Part shown: positions 1 through 10,283 of the stretch, one piece after another
Layout of the letters: every line of letters begins with the position of its first letter
Position numbering within the stretch: the first letter of the stretch is position 1
Source: Candidatus Latescibacterota bacterium
GTDB lineage: Bacteria > Latescibacterota > UBA2968 > UBA8231
DNA: 64,000 nt
Direction of reading: 5' to 3'
Assembly: GCA_965217585.1 (NCBI GenBank)
Contig: OZ244561.1
Span: 320,001-384,000, forward strand
Program-made: the position numbers and the translations under genes
Notes under the pieces: model-generated
What the model saw: the letters and a program-made list of their open reading frames with translations, nothing else
Told to the model about the DNA's origin: nothing
The model's database searches: none

Positions 1-324
1 TTTCTTGCGGACGCCGACTTGGGTGTGGGTTTCGCCGTCCACGCTTACGGTCGCTTCGAACCAAGTGAAGATCTCATCCGCGGGGCTGTCGAGACAGTCG
101 GAACCGCCGAGTATATCCACGAGGGTCCGCGTCTGAGCGCGCAGGCGATCCCAATCCTCGGGTGCCATTTCGATGGCCACGTCGAGCACGCGGTCGAGGG
201 CAAAGTAGGGGTCGCTGGGATGGGAGGCATCCTCGGCGGCTTGGCCAAATGTTGGATGGACGGCCAAGAGTAATGCCGCGATCACTATATGCGCGACCGC
301 AAGTACGCTCTGGTGGTTTTTCAT
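1..324 (-). CDS. CotH kinase family secreted protein, 5' part (runs off the window)
   Basis: Not in the ORF track. Manual translation from ATG 324 (GAGGAG upstream): MKNHQSVLAVAHIVIAALLLAVHPTFG...FALDRVLDVAIEMAPEDWDRLR...WFEATVSVDGETHTQVGVRKK, i.e. signal peptide plus the CotH-type N-terminal 'VGVRKK(G)' motif. Confidence 0.75.
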   Translation of the reverse strand, partial: MKNHQSVLAVAHIVIAALLLAVHPTFGQAAEDASHPSDPYFALDRVLDVAIEMAPEDWDRLRAQTRTLVDILGGSDCLDSPADEIFTWFEATVSVDGETHTQVGVRKK

Positions 325-407
325 TTGCTCCTCTTCGTCTGATCGAGAAAGGGATAGTGAGAGAATAACGATGGCCCCGCTGCTGGTCCGAGCTTGTAAA
401 CTGATGA

Positions 408-518
408 TGGTATCATCAATTTACAAGCATAAATGGCCCTAGAATTATAGTCGCTCCCGTAGAAGAGGTTTTCCAGCTACGCGACGAGGTGCTCGTCATC
501 CCGTATGATCTGCTGTAA
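408..518 (+). pseudogene. Orphan 3' fragment resembling the C-terminus of an AAA/DUF4143 ATP-binding protein
   Basis: Reads WYHQFTSINGPRIIVAPVEEVFQLRDEVLVIPYDLL*, preceded by stop codons and no start; similar in character to the tail of 34475..35704. Confidence 0.4.
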
Positions 519-534
519 ACGAAGTTGAAGTTCC

Positions 535-642
535 TCAGCCGTGCAGGATGGGATGGCCGTTGCCGGTAAAAAACGCCACATCAATGAGGAAGGAGAGGCC
601 GACGCCGAGGAAGTAGCCTGCGATCAGGCCGATGAAGAAGGG
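535..642 (-). pseudogene. 3'-end remnant of a DUF6785/6784-type membrane protein paralogue
   Basis: PFFIGLIAGYFLGVGLSFLIDVAFFTGNGHPILHG* versus PFFIGLILGHFFGVGISFIVDMIFFPGNGHPILHG* at the end of 1312..3312; fused out of frame to the truncated HEPN gene. Confidence 0.9.
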
Positions 643-845
643 TCTAAATCGTGGGTGCGCGGAATCGGCTGGGCATGGAATACCAGCACGGCTTTGAGGT
701 ACTTTTCGGCCGCCTGCTGACTGTGAAAGCAGATCGTATCCCAAGGTATTTCTTGGGCCGCCAGATTATTCCTGACGTTTAGCAGATCATTTTCAGCCCG
801 GCTGGTCCACTGCCGTACTAGGATTTTTTGCGGAGATTCGCTCAT
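643..845 (-). pseudogene. HEPN-domain protein, 3'-truncated
   Basis: MSESPQKILVRQW...ICFHSQQAAEKYLKA...IPRTHDL is the typical N-terminal half of MNT-associated HEPN proteins; breaks off at about 643. Confidence 0.85.
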
Positions 846-1167
846 ATAAAGTGGTGCCCTCGGCCAATACCTGGGACGCGAATGAAGACGGAGCTTCTTT
901 CCAATAGTCCAGTTCGGCGGGGGTGTACACGACAACATCCAAGGGACAATCAATGTCTTCGAGTAGGCGGCGCACTTCAAGGGCGCGCTCCAACGGGGGC
1001 AAATCCGTCTGCCAGACTATGAGTAAATCCAAATCGCTGTCCCATTGGCTATGACCCGTAGCATGGGAGCCGAATAGAACGATCCGCTCAAAGGGGTGTG
1101 CGCGGACGAGAGTCTCTACGACGAGATCGAGCGTTTGGTTGGTCTTTTTGGTTGTCTCTGTGGTCAT
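793..1167 (-). CDS. Minimal nucleotidyltransferase (MNT) antitoxin-type protein
   Basis: LFGSHATG...SDLDLL motif (GS-x-DxD), later D in DVVVYTP; adjacent to HEPN. Confidence 0.9.
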   Translation of the reverse strand: MTTETTKKTNQTLDLVVETLVRAHPFERIVLFGSHATGHSQWDSDLDLLIVWQTDLPPLERALEVRRLLEDIDCPLDVVVYTPAELDYWKEAPSSFASQVLAEGTTLYERISAKNPSTAVDQPG

Positions 1168-1174
1168 AGTGTAG

Positions 1175-1203
1175 AATCTAAAGAATCAACCCATTAAATC
1201 CAA
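1175..1203 (-). promoter_or_regulatory. Putative sigma70-type promoter for a near-leaderless MNT-HEPN transcript
   Basis: Minus strand TTGGAT-17 bp-TAGATT, then 7 nt to the ATG at 1167; no SD sequence. Confidence 0.4.
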
Positions 1204-1208
1204 AATCC

Positions 1209-1304
1209 TCAGCCGTGCAAGATGGGATGGCCGTTGCCGGGGAAGAACGCTACATCCACGAGCAAGGAGCGCACGGTGACGCCTGTTGCGGGATAGGTTG
1301 ACAA
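1209..1304 (-). pseudogene. Internally deleted DUF6785-type paralogue (31-aa in-frame stub)
   Basis: TTG start, MSTYPATGVTVRSLL|VDVAFFPGNGHPILHG*: family N-terminal motif (G[LV]TxRSL) fused in frame to the family C-terminus; last 40 nt identical to the end of 1312..3312. Confidence 0.85.
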
Positions 1305-1311
1305 CGCGGCC

Positions 1312-3312
1312 TCAGCCGTGCAAGATGGGATGGCCGTTGCCGGGGAAGAAAATCATATCGACGATAAACGAGATCCCCACCCCGAAGAAGTGCCCGAGAA
1401 TCAGGCCGATGAAAAACGGCGCAGCCTTGCGGTATAGCTCAATGCCGCCAAAGCGCATGATCAGACTCTTGGCCGCCCAAGACACAAAGATCGCCGGGGC
1501 TTGGTTGCGCACCATCCAGATCGCGGAGATGGCCAAGCCCACCGGATGCAGGGGCCACCACGGGAAGCGGTACTGCATAAACGTCAAAACCGCCATCGCC
1601 GCCGCGCCGATGCCGAAAAAGCTGAGCTTTTGCACGTGGAAATCGGCCGGAGTTTTGATCTTGCTCAGCGCGTCGTCAAAGGAGCGCACCCCCGCGCCCG
1701 AGGAGACACGGAAAAACCAGGAGTTGAAGTTGGAGGCTCCCTGCTCGTAGGCCATGGCAATGACGTACACAATGGCGGCGATAAAGCCGACTAGTAGAGC
1801 CAGCGCAATGGCCAAGCACAGGCCGCGACGGCTCATGCGCATGGCGTCGTGCAGCCGGGTGGCATGGGCGGCCGACGGCATGAAGATCGACTGCACATCG
1901 CTGAAGAACCCATAACTCATCCCCAGGGCCGCCAAGCCCGTCGGCGAAATCGCACTCGTGCCAAAGGTCATCATGGTCATGGCTTGGCTGACCACGGGCG
2001 TCGTCAGGTAGAAGACGCCAGCCTGCACCACCAAGCGGGTAATGCCCAAGTAGGCAATCAGCACGCCGCCCAAGAAAAACGCCGCCACCGGCATTTCCAT
2101 ACCAGCCTTGTTGAGCCACGCCAGCATGTAGACGACTCCGACCAACAGGCCGACGACTGCGCTGCGATAGGACATCAACTCGCGGCTGTCGTCAACCGGA
2201 TGGGCGGGATTCCACGCCTTGCGGAACACGTCCTTAAGGTGATCGCGCGCCATCCACAACCCCCACAACACCAGCACCACAAAAGCCCCCCAACACTGCC
2301 AAGACGTCGACGGCAAGCCCCACACGAAGTTGTCGGCTTCGGTCACGCCAACGCCAAAGCGGTTAAACAGGCCCTCTTCGAGCAGCAGCAGCAAAAAGAA
2401 AAACCAGATGCTGAAGGTGACGTTGAGGTTGGCGAAATACATGAAGCCGACGACCGGGAAGTAGAAGCGGATGTTGATCGTGGGAAAGCCGTGCGCGATT
2501 TGGATGGGATGGTGCCACTCGATCTTGGGAAAGAAGTGGAAGAAAAAGCCGACGATGTTCCACAAGACGATGCACAGGGGGATCGCCGCCCCCATCCAAA
2601 AGACCTTGTTGCGCAAGACGGCCGGCACGCGCGCAGGGCCATCGGCGTCCGCCACGAGGGCCTGCGGCACCTCCATCAGCGGATAGGCCAACCGCTCGCG
2701 CTCGACCCACTGCTTGCGCAATATGACGACGAGGCAAAAACAGACCGCGTACAAAGTCCAGATAAAGCTCAGCCACCAAAACAGCGGCATGGCCCACGCA
2801 TCGAGCAGCGTGCCCCAAGGCATCGGCTCACCGAGAGGCAGTCCCTCAAAGAACCAAGTCATGGCCAAGCCGTCGTTGCTCGGCAGCAGCCACGCCGGCA
2901 AGTAGGGCAAGACGTACGTGCCCCACTGGTTTTCCGCGGAGGCAAAGTAATAGGGCGTGGTGGGGATCGACAGCACGTAGCCCATCATAAAGATGGGGAT
3001 GCCGGTCGTCACCAAGCCCATGACCACGACCGTGATCATCTCGGCCGGCCGCAAGGCCCAGCCGGGATTGATCGTCTTGAGCAGGATGTTGAGCAGGATG
3101 AGGCAGCAGAACGAGAAGCCGACGGCAATCGGAAAAAACGACCACGTGATCTCGGACGACCCCAAGACCCAGATGGCGTAGGGCGCGCCTAAACACACGA
3201 TGAGGACTTGGATGACGCCGAGCACCAAGGAGCGGAGCGTGAGGCCGCTAGCCGCGCCTTGGCTAGTGCTTGTTTCTCGATATGTAGTGGTCGCAGTCGG
3301 CGACGTCATCAA
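1312..3312 (-). CDS. DUF6785/DUF6784-type polytopic membrane protein, putative transporter
   Basis: 666 aa, many TM helices, motifs QWVERERLAYPL and WWPLHPVG; paralogue of 46890..48776. Confidence 0.8.
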   Translation of the reverse strand: MMTSPTATTTYRETSTSQGAASGLTLRSLVLGVIQVLIVCLGAPYAIWVLGSSEITWSFFPIAVGFSFCCLILLNILLKTINPGWALRPAEMITVVVMGLVTTGIPIFMMGYVLSIPTTPYYFASAENQWGTYVLPYLPAWLLPSNDGLAMTWFFEGLPLGEPMPWGTLLDAWAMPLFWWLSFIWTLYAVCFCLVVILRKQWVERERLAYPLMEVPQALVADADGPARVPAVLRNKVFWMGAAIPLCIVLWNIVGFFFHFFPKIEWHHPIQIAHGFPTINIRFYFPVVGFMYFANLNVTFSIWFFFLLLLLEEGLFNRFGVGVTEADNFVWGLPSTSWQCWGAFVVLVLWGLWMARDHLKDVFRKAWNPAHPVDDSRELMSYRSAVVGLLVGVVYMLAWLNKAGMEMPVAAFFLGGVLIAYLGITRLVVQAGVFYLTTPVVSQAMTMMTFGTSAISPTGLAALGMSYGFFSDVQSIFMPSAAHATRLHDAMRMSRRGLCLAIALALLVGFIAAIVYVIAMAYEQGASNFNSWFFRVSSGAGVRSFDDALSKIKTPADFHVQKLSFFGIGAAAMAVLTFMQYRFPWWPLHPVGLAISAIWMVRNQAPAIFVSWAAKSLIMRFGGIELYRKAAPFFIGLILGHFFGVGISFIVDMIFFPGNGHPILHG

Positions 3313-3393
3313 AAGCCAGCTTCAGAGGCAATTCTAGCGGAATTCAAAGCGGACAATATGGTTTCAAGACACCGCAGCCGCAATCCTGCCGCG

Positions 3394-5001
3394 CTAGTCC
3401 CCATCTAACCCAGCGGCGTGGCGGCCCGCAGCCGGATCGCCAGCCGCGTAGTACGTGCCCGCGTCGGCCCACAGCATGACCGGGGTGGCGATGGGGCCGT
3501 TGCGGGCCTCGACTTGGTGGCCGCGCCGCGCCAGTTCGTCCCGGTCATTCGCATCAACGGCCGAGCTGATGGCCAGCGAGCCGGCCTCGATGAACGTCTG
3601 CTCGCGCACCGGGTTGGGATCAAACGAGTCCTCGTGGTGGTCCGTGGCAAAGCGCGGCGCGATGACCGCTTCGGCCGGCTGCATCCCAAACTCCACAAAG
3701 TCGAGCAACAGGTTCAAGGTGGCCTGATCTTGCAGATCGCCGCCGGCCACGCTGATGGCCAGCACGGGGGCACCGTCTTTGAGCACCATTGTGGGGGTCA
3801 GGGTGATGCGGGGCCGCTTGCCCGGTGCGATGCAGTTGGGATGCCCAAGGGTTGTGTTGAGGCTGCGCAGGCGGTTGCCATACGAGACGCCCGTGCTGCC
3901 GGTGCCGCCGGCGTGATAGACATTCGCGCTCGGCGTGGCCGATACGACCATGCCCCAGCGATCGGCCACTACGCACGTGGTGGTGCCGCCGACTCCGGGC
4001 CGGAACGCGCCCCCCTCCTGCACTGCCTTCATGCCGCGCGGGTCGCCAGGGCGGGCGTCCAGCGCAGCGTGGCCCATGTCGATCAGGGGCTGCCGGAGCT
4101 GGGTATATTCGTCGGACAGCAAGGCGTTCATGGGCACATCCACGAACAGGGGGTCGCCGTAGTGCGCGTCGCGGTCGGCCATGGCCAGCTTCATCGCTTC
4201 GACAACCGCGTGGACGTAGTCGGCCGAGCAATGCCCCATGCCTTTGAGATCAAACCCTTCAAGCAGGCGCAGGGCTTGACACAGATAAGGGCCTTGGGTC
4301 CACGGGCCGCACTTGTACACTTGGTAGCCTCGATAATCGACTGCCACCGGCTCTTCGATCAAGGTCCTATGGGCGGCCAGATCCGCGCGGCGCAAGAACC
4401 CGCCCTGCTCCACGTAGAACGCCTCCAGATCTTCGGCTATATCGCCGTGTTCGGCGCGGCGACCATAGAAGTGATCGCAGGCTGCTTGCAGCTTTTCTTG
4501 GCGATCGCCAGTGGCGCGATGTTCCTCCTCCACCATCCGCCGCAGCGTCTGCGCTAAGTCGGGGTGCCACGCCTCCTCGCCTTCGTCGAGCAGGGCCAAG
4601 GTCGGCGCGACAATCGCGGCAAAGCTCTGCGTGCCATAGTGCTGCAAGAGGGTAATGCACAAATCCACGACCGAGGGCACCGGAGCCATCTTGATGTCGC
4701 GGTCTGGGATACCGTGCTCCATGTACCAAGCAATGGCCTCCGGCGACAGCGGCGCGCGCCCCTGACCGGACAGCGACTTGACCGCTTTCCCGTCCCAGAC
4801 GAGCACCGGCACTTCCCCGCCGATGGAGCAAGCCCCGTGATCGGTGACGTTGAGCGCGATAATCGCGCCGGCTGTAGCATCGGCCGCATTGCCGCCTTGA
4901 CCGAGAATTTCAATGCCGGCGGCTACGGCACCAGCGCCGCCTGCCGCAATGACGCCGGTTTTGCTCTGGGCCTGCCAGCCGATCTGATCTACCCTACTCA
5001 T
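3394..5001 (-). CDS. Gamma-glutamyltransferase family (Ntn hydrolase)
   Basis: GGNAADA, GTTTCVVAD nucleophile region, PGKRPRITLTP, GGDLQDQ; start reassigned to ATG 5001 (AAGGAG upstream). Confidence 0.9.
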   Translation of the reverse strand: MSRVDQIGWQAQSKTGVIAAGGAGAVAAGIEILGQGGNAADATAGAIIALNVTDHGACSIGGEVPVLVWDGKAVKSLSGQGRAPLSPEAIAWYMEHGIPDRDIKMAPVPSVVDLCITLLQHYGTQSFAAIVAPTLALLDEGEEAWHPDLAQTLRRMVEEEHRATGDRQEKLQAACDHFYGRRAEHGDIAEDLEAFYVEQGGFLRRADLAAHRTLIEEPVAVDYRGYQVYKCGPWTQGPYLCQALRLLEGFDLKGMGHCSADYVHAVVEAMKLAMADRDAHYGDPLFVDVPMNALLSDEYTQLRQPLIDMGHAALDARPGDPRGMKAVQEGGAFRPGVGGTTTCVVADRWGMVVSATPSANVYHAGGTGSTGVSYGNRLRSLNTTLGHPNCIAPGKRPRITLTPTMVLKDGAPVLAISVAGGDLQDQATLNLLLDFVEFGMQPAEAVIAPRFATDHHEDSFDPNPVREQTFIEAGSLAISSAVDANDRDELARRGHQVEARNGPIATPVMLWADAGTYYAAGDPAAGRHAAGLDGD

Positions 5002-5201
5002 GTGTTGCTCCTTGTCAAAAAGAAGATGTGCCGCGCTCAATATCGCCTTGCGAGGGCGGTCTGTCGAGTCTAGCGACGGAGGGACAAGCCCCTTCCACGC
5101 GGAGCGGGCCAATATCCATGCTCCAAATAAGAGAAAATTCGATTATGTCTCAACATCCCATTATATTTATAGGCTCGTCGCGATGCCGCGCCGCAGTGCT
5201 G

Positions 5202-5353
5202 GCCGTTGTCTCCCTCGACCGCGAGAAGATGAAAAATCGGCACGCTGGCGGCGAAAATCGAGACCGCTACGAACATCTGCAAAAGTACCGTTCCGCCCTC
5301 ATCACCGCGCCTAGACCGGCAAAATTGACGTGAGAGAGAAAGCCGCTTTATGA
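5202..5353 (+). pseudogene. hsdS: Frameshifted 3' remnant of a type I RM specificity subunit gene
   Basis: Across frameshifts reads LDRE..KIGTLAAKIETA.EHLQKYRSALITA..TGKIDVREKAAL*, matching the HsdS C-terminal consensus (LxEYRxALITAAVTGKIDVR); its TGA overlaps the ATG at 5350. Confidence 0.8.
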
Positions 5354-6714
5354 AAGCCGATTCTATATACTTCAAGGGATATAGCTGTTTCAAAAAGGAT
5401 TGGGCCGGCTTCGACAAAATCAAGCCGATCAACGTCATCATTGGGCGTAATAACTCTGGAAAGTCCCATCTATTAGACTTGGTTGAAGCACTATGCGACG
5501 GTAAACTGTTCGACCGTGAGTGGGAGTACCGGTGTCATGGTGTGTTAGAAGAAAAGCCGCTGAGGGAAGTTTTTCCAGAAAATACAAGAGGAGGCTATCT
5601 TGGCGGAAACCACTGGGAAAACCATGGACGGTATTTTGTCGGGAAGGAGGTGACGTGGGAAGTTACCGCAAATGAGGTGGCGGACGTAAAATTTTCAGAC
5701 GATTTCGCCTTAGCCTCTCCCTCGCAAAACCTTTCCCTTCAAGACCAAGTAATCTTCGATGCTAGGCTTTCAAGAGTTAGAGAGACACTGAAGGGCGTAA
5801 CGCACCAGCTTAATGGGACGGCTTTCCGCAGGCTCTTTGCAGACCGGGACATCGAGCCCGAACAAGGAGACTCAAACTCAAAGCTTGGCTCTGATGGGCA
5901 ACTGGCTACAAATATAATACGTCAGTTCCTCCTAACGTCTAACGAGGAACTCCCACGAGAGGTTATCGAAGAGGATCTTCGAGATGCGTTGAATTTGATA
6001 TTTGAAGGTGACGGCCAGTTTTCAGATATCCGAGTACTATTTCACGATGTTGATAAGGAGGACCAACCAAAGGACCATTGGGAGGTCTATCTCGGCGAAA
6101 AGAAAAAGGGCTTGATTCCCCTCAGTAAATCGGGAAGCGGTCTGAAGACCGTTCTTTTAGTTCTGCTTAATCTACTGGTCGTTCCCAAAATTGAGAACAA
6201 GGATAAATCTCAGTTCACGTTCGCCTTCGAGGAACTTGAAAACAATCTCCATCCGGCACTCTTACGACGGTTATTTCAGTACCTTGAGACCTACGCACTC
6301 AACGAAAAAGCGACGATCTTCCTGACGACCCATTCCAGCATCGCCCTAGACTTTTTCGGCGTATCTGATAATGCCCAGATTATCCGCGTGCTCCACGATG
6401 GCGAGTCCGCCCACACGGAAACCGTCCACACGCATTCTAACCTTATCAAGATAGTTTCCGAATTAGGAGCAAGGCCGTCAGATTTGCTCCAAGCGAACGG
6501 ACTCATTTGGGTGGAGGGACCTTCGGACCGCATCTATCTCAATCGCTGGATTGAGCTCTATACCAATGGCCGTCTCCGAGAAGGCCGCGATTATCAGTGC
6601 GTATTCTACGGCGGTTCGCTCATAGCACGAGTAGAGTTAGCGTCACCCGAAAACGGGGCAGCCGAGGATAAAGTGAACAAACTCGTGAACCTGTTCCCAA
6701 TCAATCATAACCTA

Positions 6715-7870
6715 AGTAGTTAACAAAAAGTCCGTTGACACTTTTCCCTTGCCCTCTAAACTTAGTTGTATGCCCGGAGGCCGCTTATGACTCCGTTTTC
6801 CCTTCCCCGCCGCGAGCGCCGCTTGTTGGAGGCTTTGGTCGTCCAAACCCCGGATGCGATGGTCTTACGTCGAGCGCAAGCCCTGCTTTGGGTGGCGGCG
6901 GGCGATTCGGTAACTCATGTTGCTCAACGCCTGTGTGTTACGCGTCAAGCCATCTATAAATGGATCCGGCTGTTTGAGCAATCGTCGATCTCGAATCTGG
7001 CGACGCGCCTTCAAGCCGCCCCCCGCAGTGGACGACCGGGTAAAGTAAAAGGCGTGATTGAGCCCCTGCTAGACGAAGTCATCGATCACGATCCTCGTCT
7101 TTTCGGCCTCAATTCAACGGTATGGACCGCGTCGTTATTGGCGCAGTATCTACACGCAGAGCATACCCTCTGCGTTTCGGTGTCTAGTATCCGCCAAGCG
7201 CTGGTTCGATTAGATATTAAATGGAAACGGCCTCGGCATACCTTGTCCTTGCGCTCGCCGACTTGGCGGCAAGCCAAAGGCGGGTTAAAAAGGGGCTGGC
7301 GACGCGGAAACGCACCGTAATCCTCATGCTGGATGAAGTCATTCTCACCGAAACGCCGCCGTTGTATAGTTGTTATGGGCACCGTGGCCAACCGGTGCAG
7401 GTGCCGATCACCGGCCAGCGCGCCAAACGGATTCTGCACGGCGCGCTTAACATCAAAAGTGGCGAGGTCGCGCTGCTGATTTCGCAGGAATGGACGCAAG
7501 ATACCCACCAGATTTTTCTGCGTCTCATACGCGCCCACTGGCGCGGATGGCAGATCGTCCTCTTTGAAGATCGGGGCTCGCCTCATAAAGCGGAAGGCAG
7601 TTTGCGGTTGGCGGCCGACCTGAATATGGAAATTCGTCTATTACCGCGGGCCACCCCGGAGTTGAATGCGATGGATCATTTATGGCGTTGGGTGAAAGGA
7701 CGCGGGTTGGCCAACCAACCCACCGCCTCCATCGATGAGTCCGCCGATAGGGCATGCCAGTATATCTGGCAACTGAGGCCGCAGGAGCGATTGCAAAAAG
7801 CCGGCGTCTACGCTGATAATTTCTGGCTGAAGTCATAAACCTGGTGTAAACGAACTTTTTGTCACCTACT
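6715..7870 (+). mobile_element. IS630-family insertion sequence
   Basis: Terminal IRs taagtagttaacaaaaagtccgttgaca / reverse complement taagtaggtgacaaaaagttcgtttaca (24/28 including the TA); TA duplicated at 6713-14 and 7871-72 within a CTAG target. Confidence 0.95.
6787..7838 (+). CDS. IS630 transposase, two ORFs joined by a predicted -1 frameshift
   Basis: HTH ORF (to 7320) overlaps DDE ORF (LDE, EDRGSPH, PELNAMDHLW) in the -1 frame; slippery AAAAAGGGG at 7287..7295. Confidence 0.88.
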
Positions 7871-8272
7871 TAGTTGTCGTGTGCGACGGAGATCGGACTG
7901 CCGAGGATTCTAGTCTAAAGTCAAACGTGGAGAGAATTCGCGAGGAAGTCAAAAAGATAGACGACGCGCACATTTGGATCACCGAAGCTAAGGAAATTGA
8001 GAACTACCTTCCTAGCTCTGTCCTTGAGAAAGCAACAGGCTTGTCGCCGCTGCCAGATCCCGAAAAATATGAGAGTTGGTCGTCATATGCCGAAAAGCAT
8101 ATGCAGAGGAAGAGCATAGACAAGGTAGACTTAGCCATTTCGAGCGTCCAGTATATGACAAAGGAAGTAAAAGAAGTAATGGAGAGACGATTCGATTGGA
8201 AGGAACAGATGGAAGAAATCGTCAAGCGCATTGACTCGTGGAACAAAAATGGCTCCTTGGAAGGACCGTAAC

Positions 8273-8326
8273 CAGCAAGACATTGAGCAAAGGCGGGAAG
8301 AATTTCAGCGGAGGCGTCAGCAATGA
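8273..8326 (+). pseudogene. Short 3' stub of a gene formerly coupled to DUF2442 (possibly DUF4160 family)
   Basis: QQDIEQRREEFQRRRQQ* with TGA overlapping the ATG at 8323; DUF4160 genes usually precede DUF2442. Confidence 0.4.
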
Positions 8327-8643
8327 AAAAACACTATCAAATAACCGAACTGCACTTTGACGGAGATTGCATGATTCTGACTATCGATGGTCTAGAAAAG
8401 ACCTTTCAAGTAAGTGAAATATCCCCTGCCCTGCAAAATGCGTCTGAAGAAGAAAAAAACCTCTTTGAAATCTCTCCTTCGGGCTACGGTATCCACTGGC
8501 CACTACTCGACGAGAATCTGTCCATTGACGACTTGCTCGGCGTTGTTCACAGGCCGAAAAAGAAAAAACTCCTCCTGCTACAAAACCACGCTATTCTTGA
8601 CGCAGATAGAAGCCGACAATATGAAGGAGAATCGTCATGCTAG
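8323..8643 (+). CDS. DUF2442 family protein (copy 1, with unrelated C-terminal extension)
   Basis: SPSGYGIHWPLLDENLSIDDLL motif; near-identical to 16856..17116 over about 80 aa. Confidence 0.85.
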   Translation: MKKHYQITELHFDGDCMILTIDGLEKTFQVSEISPALQNASEEEKNLFEISPSGYGIHWPLLDENLSIDDLLGVVHRPKKKKLLLLQNHAILDADRSRQYEGESSC

Positions 8644-8790
8644 GATTTGAACGCATTACCTTTGACCCGGATGTAATGGGCGGTCGAGCCTGTGTCCGCG
8701 GTATGCGCGTAACGGTCTCCCTCGTGCTCAATCTGGTCGCTAACGGGATGTCAACCGAGAAGATTTTGGAAGCCTACCCATACCTCGAAG

Positions 8791-9968
8791 GGCTTTGGTG
8801 CATGAATCGTCGGTTTTTCTTGTGTTCATTGGTTGAATAAAGACAGGTTCCTTAGTAGTTTGGGCAGGACCTTTTTGGCAAAAAATCCATGCTTTCTCGT
8901 CCAAGGAACCTGTCATGCCCAAGGTATCGTCTTCTTCCTCCCCGGTCAAGTTTGCTCGCGGTCGCCCGAAGGTCGTATACCGGGTGCGTAATGGGTCTGC
9001 CTACGAGGCCGGCCTTAAACAGCGGGGGAGTCTGACGGTGTGGTTTAGCCCCCAAGCGGTTCAAGCTTGGTATTATCAAGGGCCCTCCCAGCGGGGAGCG
9101 CAATACACCTTTTCGGATGGAGCCATCCAAACGGCGTTGACGCTACGGATGCTCTATCATTTGCCGCTGCGCCAAACCGAGGGCTTTGTCGGCTCCATCT
9201 TGGCCTTGATGGGACTGGATCTACAGGGGCCCGATCACACGACCTGGTCTCGCCGTCAGGCGGATTTGGCGGTGGATCTACCGCCCCAGCGTACCGACCA
9301 ACCCCTGCACTTGGTGGTTGACTCGACGGGGCTGAAAGTGTATGGGGAAGGCGAGTGGAAGGTGCGTCAGCACGGTTGGACGAAGCGGCGCGCATGGCGC
9401 AAATTGCACCTAGGGGTCAACGAGGCTACCGGCGAAATCGTCGCACAGACCTTGACCACCAACCGCCGAGATGATGCCTCGCAGGTGGAGCCGTTGCTGC
9501 AGCAAGTCGAAGCGTCCGTGGTCGCGTTGGGTGGCGATGGAGCCTATGATAAGCGCAAGGTCTTCGACGCGTTGGCCGCGCCCGATCAAGGCCGGCCTAT
9601 TCGCCCGATCATTCCGCCGCGCAAGGACGCCAAAATCGAGCAACATGGCAACACTCACGCCGAGCCGTTACCCCGCGATGAGACGATTCGAGCGATCCGC
9701 CAACGGGGCCGTCGAACCTGGAAAAACGACAGCGGCTATCATCGCCGCTCGATCGCCGAAACGCAGATAGGCCGCTATAAACAGATACTCGGCGATACCT
9801 TACGCGCCCGAACCTTACCCCACCAACAGACCGAAACACGGTTGGGTTGTGCGGTACTTAACCGACTGCTCGCGTTGGCCAAACCCGAGTCCTATCCGAT
9901 CACAAAAAAAGCGTAAACCAAAAAACCAAGAGGCCAACACAGCCGACCTGGTTTCATGCAACAAAGCC
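8791..9968 (+). mobile_element. IS5-family (IS903-like) insertion sequence
   Basis: IRs ggctttggtgcatgaa / reverse complement ggctttgttgcatgaa (15/16); 8-bp target duplication CCTCGAAG at 8783..8790 and 9969..9976. Confidence 0.95.
8915..9916 (+). CDS. IS5-family DDE transposase
   Basis: QRGSLTVW, LPLRQTEGF, VDSTGLKVYGEGEW, WRKLHL, DGAYD, YHRRSIAET motifs. Confidence 0.95.
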   Translation: MPKVSSSSSPVKFARGRPKVVYRVRNGSAYEAGLKQRGSLTVWFSPQAVQAWYYQGPSQRGAQYTFSDGAIQTALTLRMLYHLPLRQTEGFVGSILALMGLDLQGPDHTTWSRRQADLAVDLPPQRTDQPLHLVVDSTGLKVYGEGEWKVRQHGWTKRRAWRKLHLGVNEATGEIVAQTLTTNRRDDASQVEPLLQQVEASVVALGGDGAYDKRKVFDALAAPDQGRPIRPIIPPRKDAKIEQHGNTHAEPLPRDETIRAIRQRGRRTWKNDSGYHRRSIAETQIGRYKQILGDTLRARTLPHQQTETRLGCAVLNRLLALAKPESYPITKKA

Positions 9969-10283
9969 CCTCGAAGCCGAAGATGTCAGCGAATGTCTGC
10001 GTTACGCGGCGTGGTTGGCGGAAGATGCCGTATATTCTGTGGTACCGTCCTCGGCATGAAATTCACGAGGACGGCCAGAAATTTGGGCCTGCCGATCAAG
10101 GTGCAACGGACGCCGCTCTTGGAAAGCGGATTCCTCCCGGACGAAGGCTCCGTTTGATTGACAAGAGGTCCGATTCTTGTCATCTTGTCCTAGAGCTTCT
10201 CTGGATTCTGGCTTTCGCTGGAAGGAAGGATGACATGCCTCTATCCACGTCGTACACAGCCTATATGACCTGATTAGAAAACT

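Larger units (their letters stand above)
5350..8271 (+). pseudogene. OLD-like ATP-dependent nuclease (ABC-type ATPase + TOPRIM) interrupted by IS630
   Basis: Walker A GRNNSGKS, signature SGSG, FEELENNLHP, TTHS, TOPRIM VEGPSD; removing the IS and one TA restores ...INHNL|VVVCDGDR... in frame with 7873..8271. Confidence 0.9.
8637..10059 (+). pseudogene. DUF433 family antitoxin-type protein interrupted by IS5
   Basis: RITFDPDVMGGRACVRGMRVTV...YPYLE | AEDVSECLRYAAWLAEDAVYSVVPSSA* is restored after removing the IS and one TSD copy. Confidence 0.9.

Noticed and set aside
1849-3192. 447-aa plus-strand ORF, and similar long ORFs at 3418..4557, 47696..49567, 51864..53555 and 53579..54634
   Set aside because: Antisense or alternate-frame shadows of well-supported GC-rich genes; no recognisable motifs
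10060-10283. Short ORFs between DUF433 and the HEPN gene
   Set aside because: No recognisable motif in the frames read; probably scar DNA but not assignable
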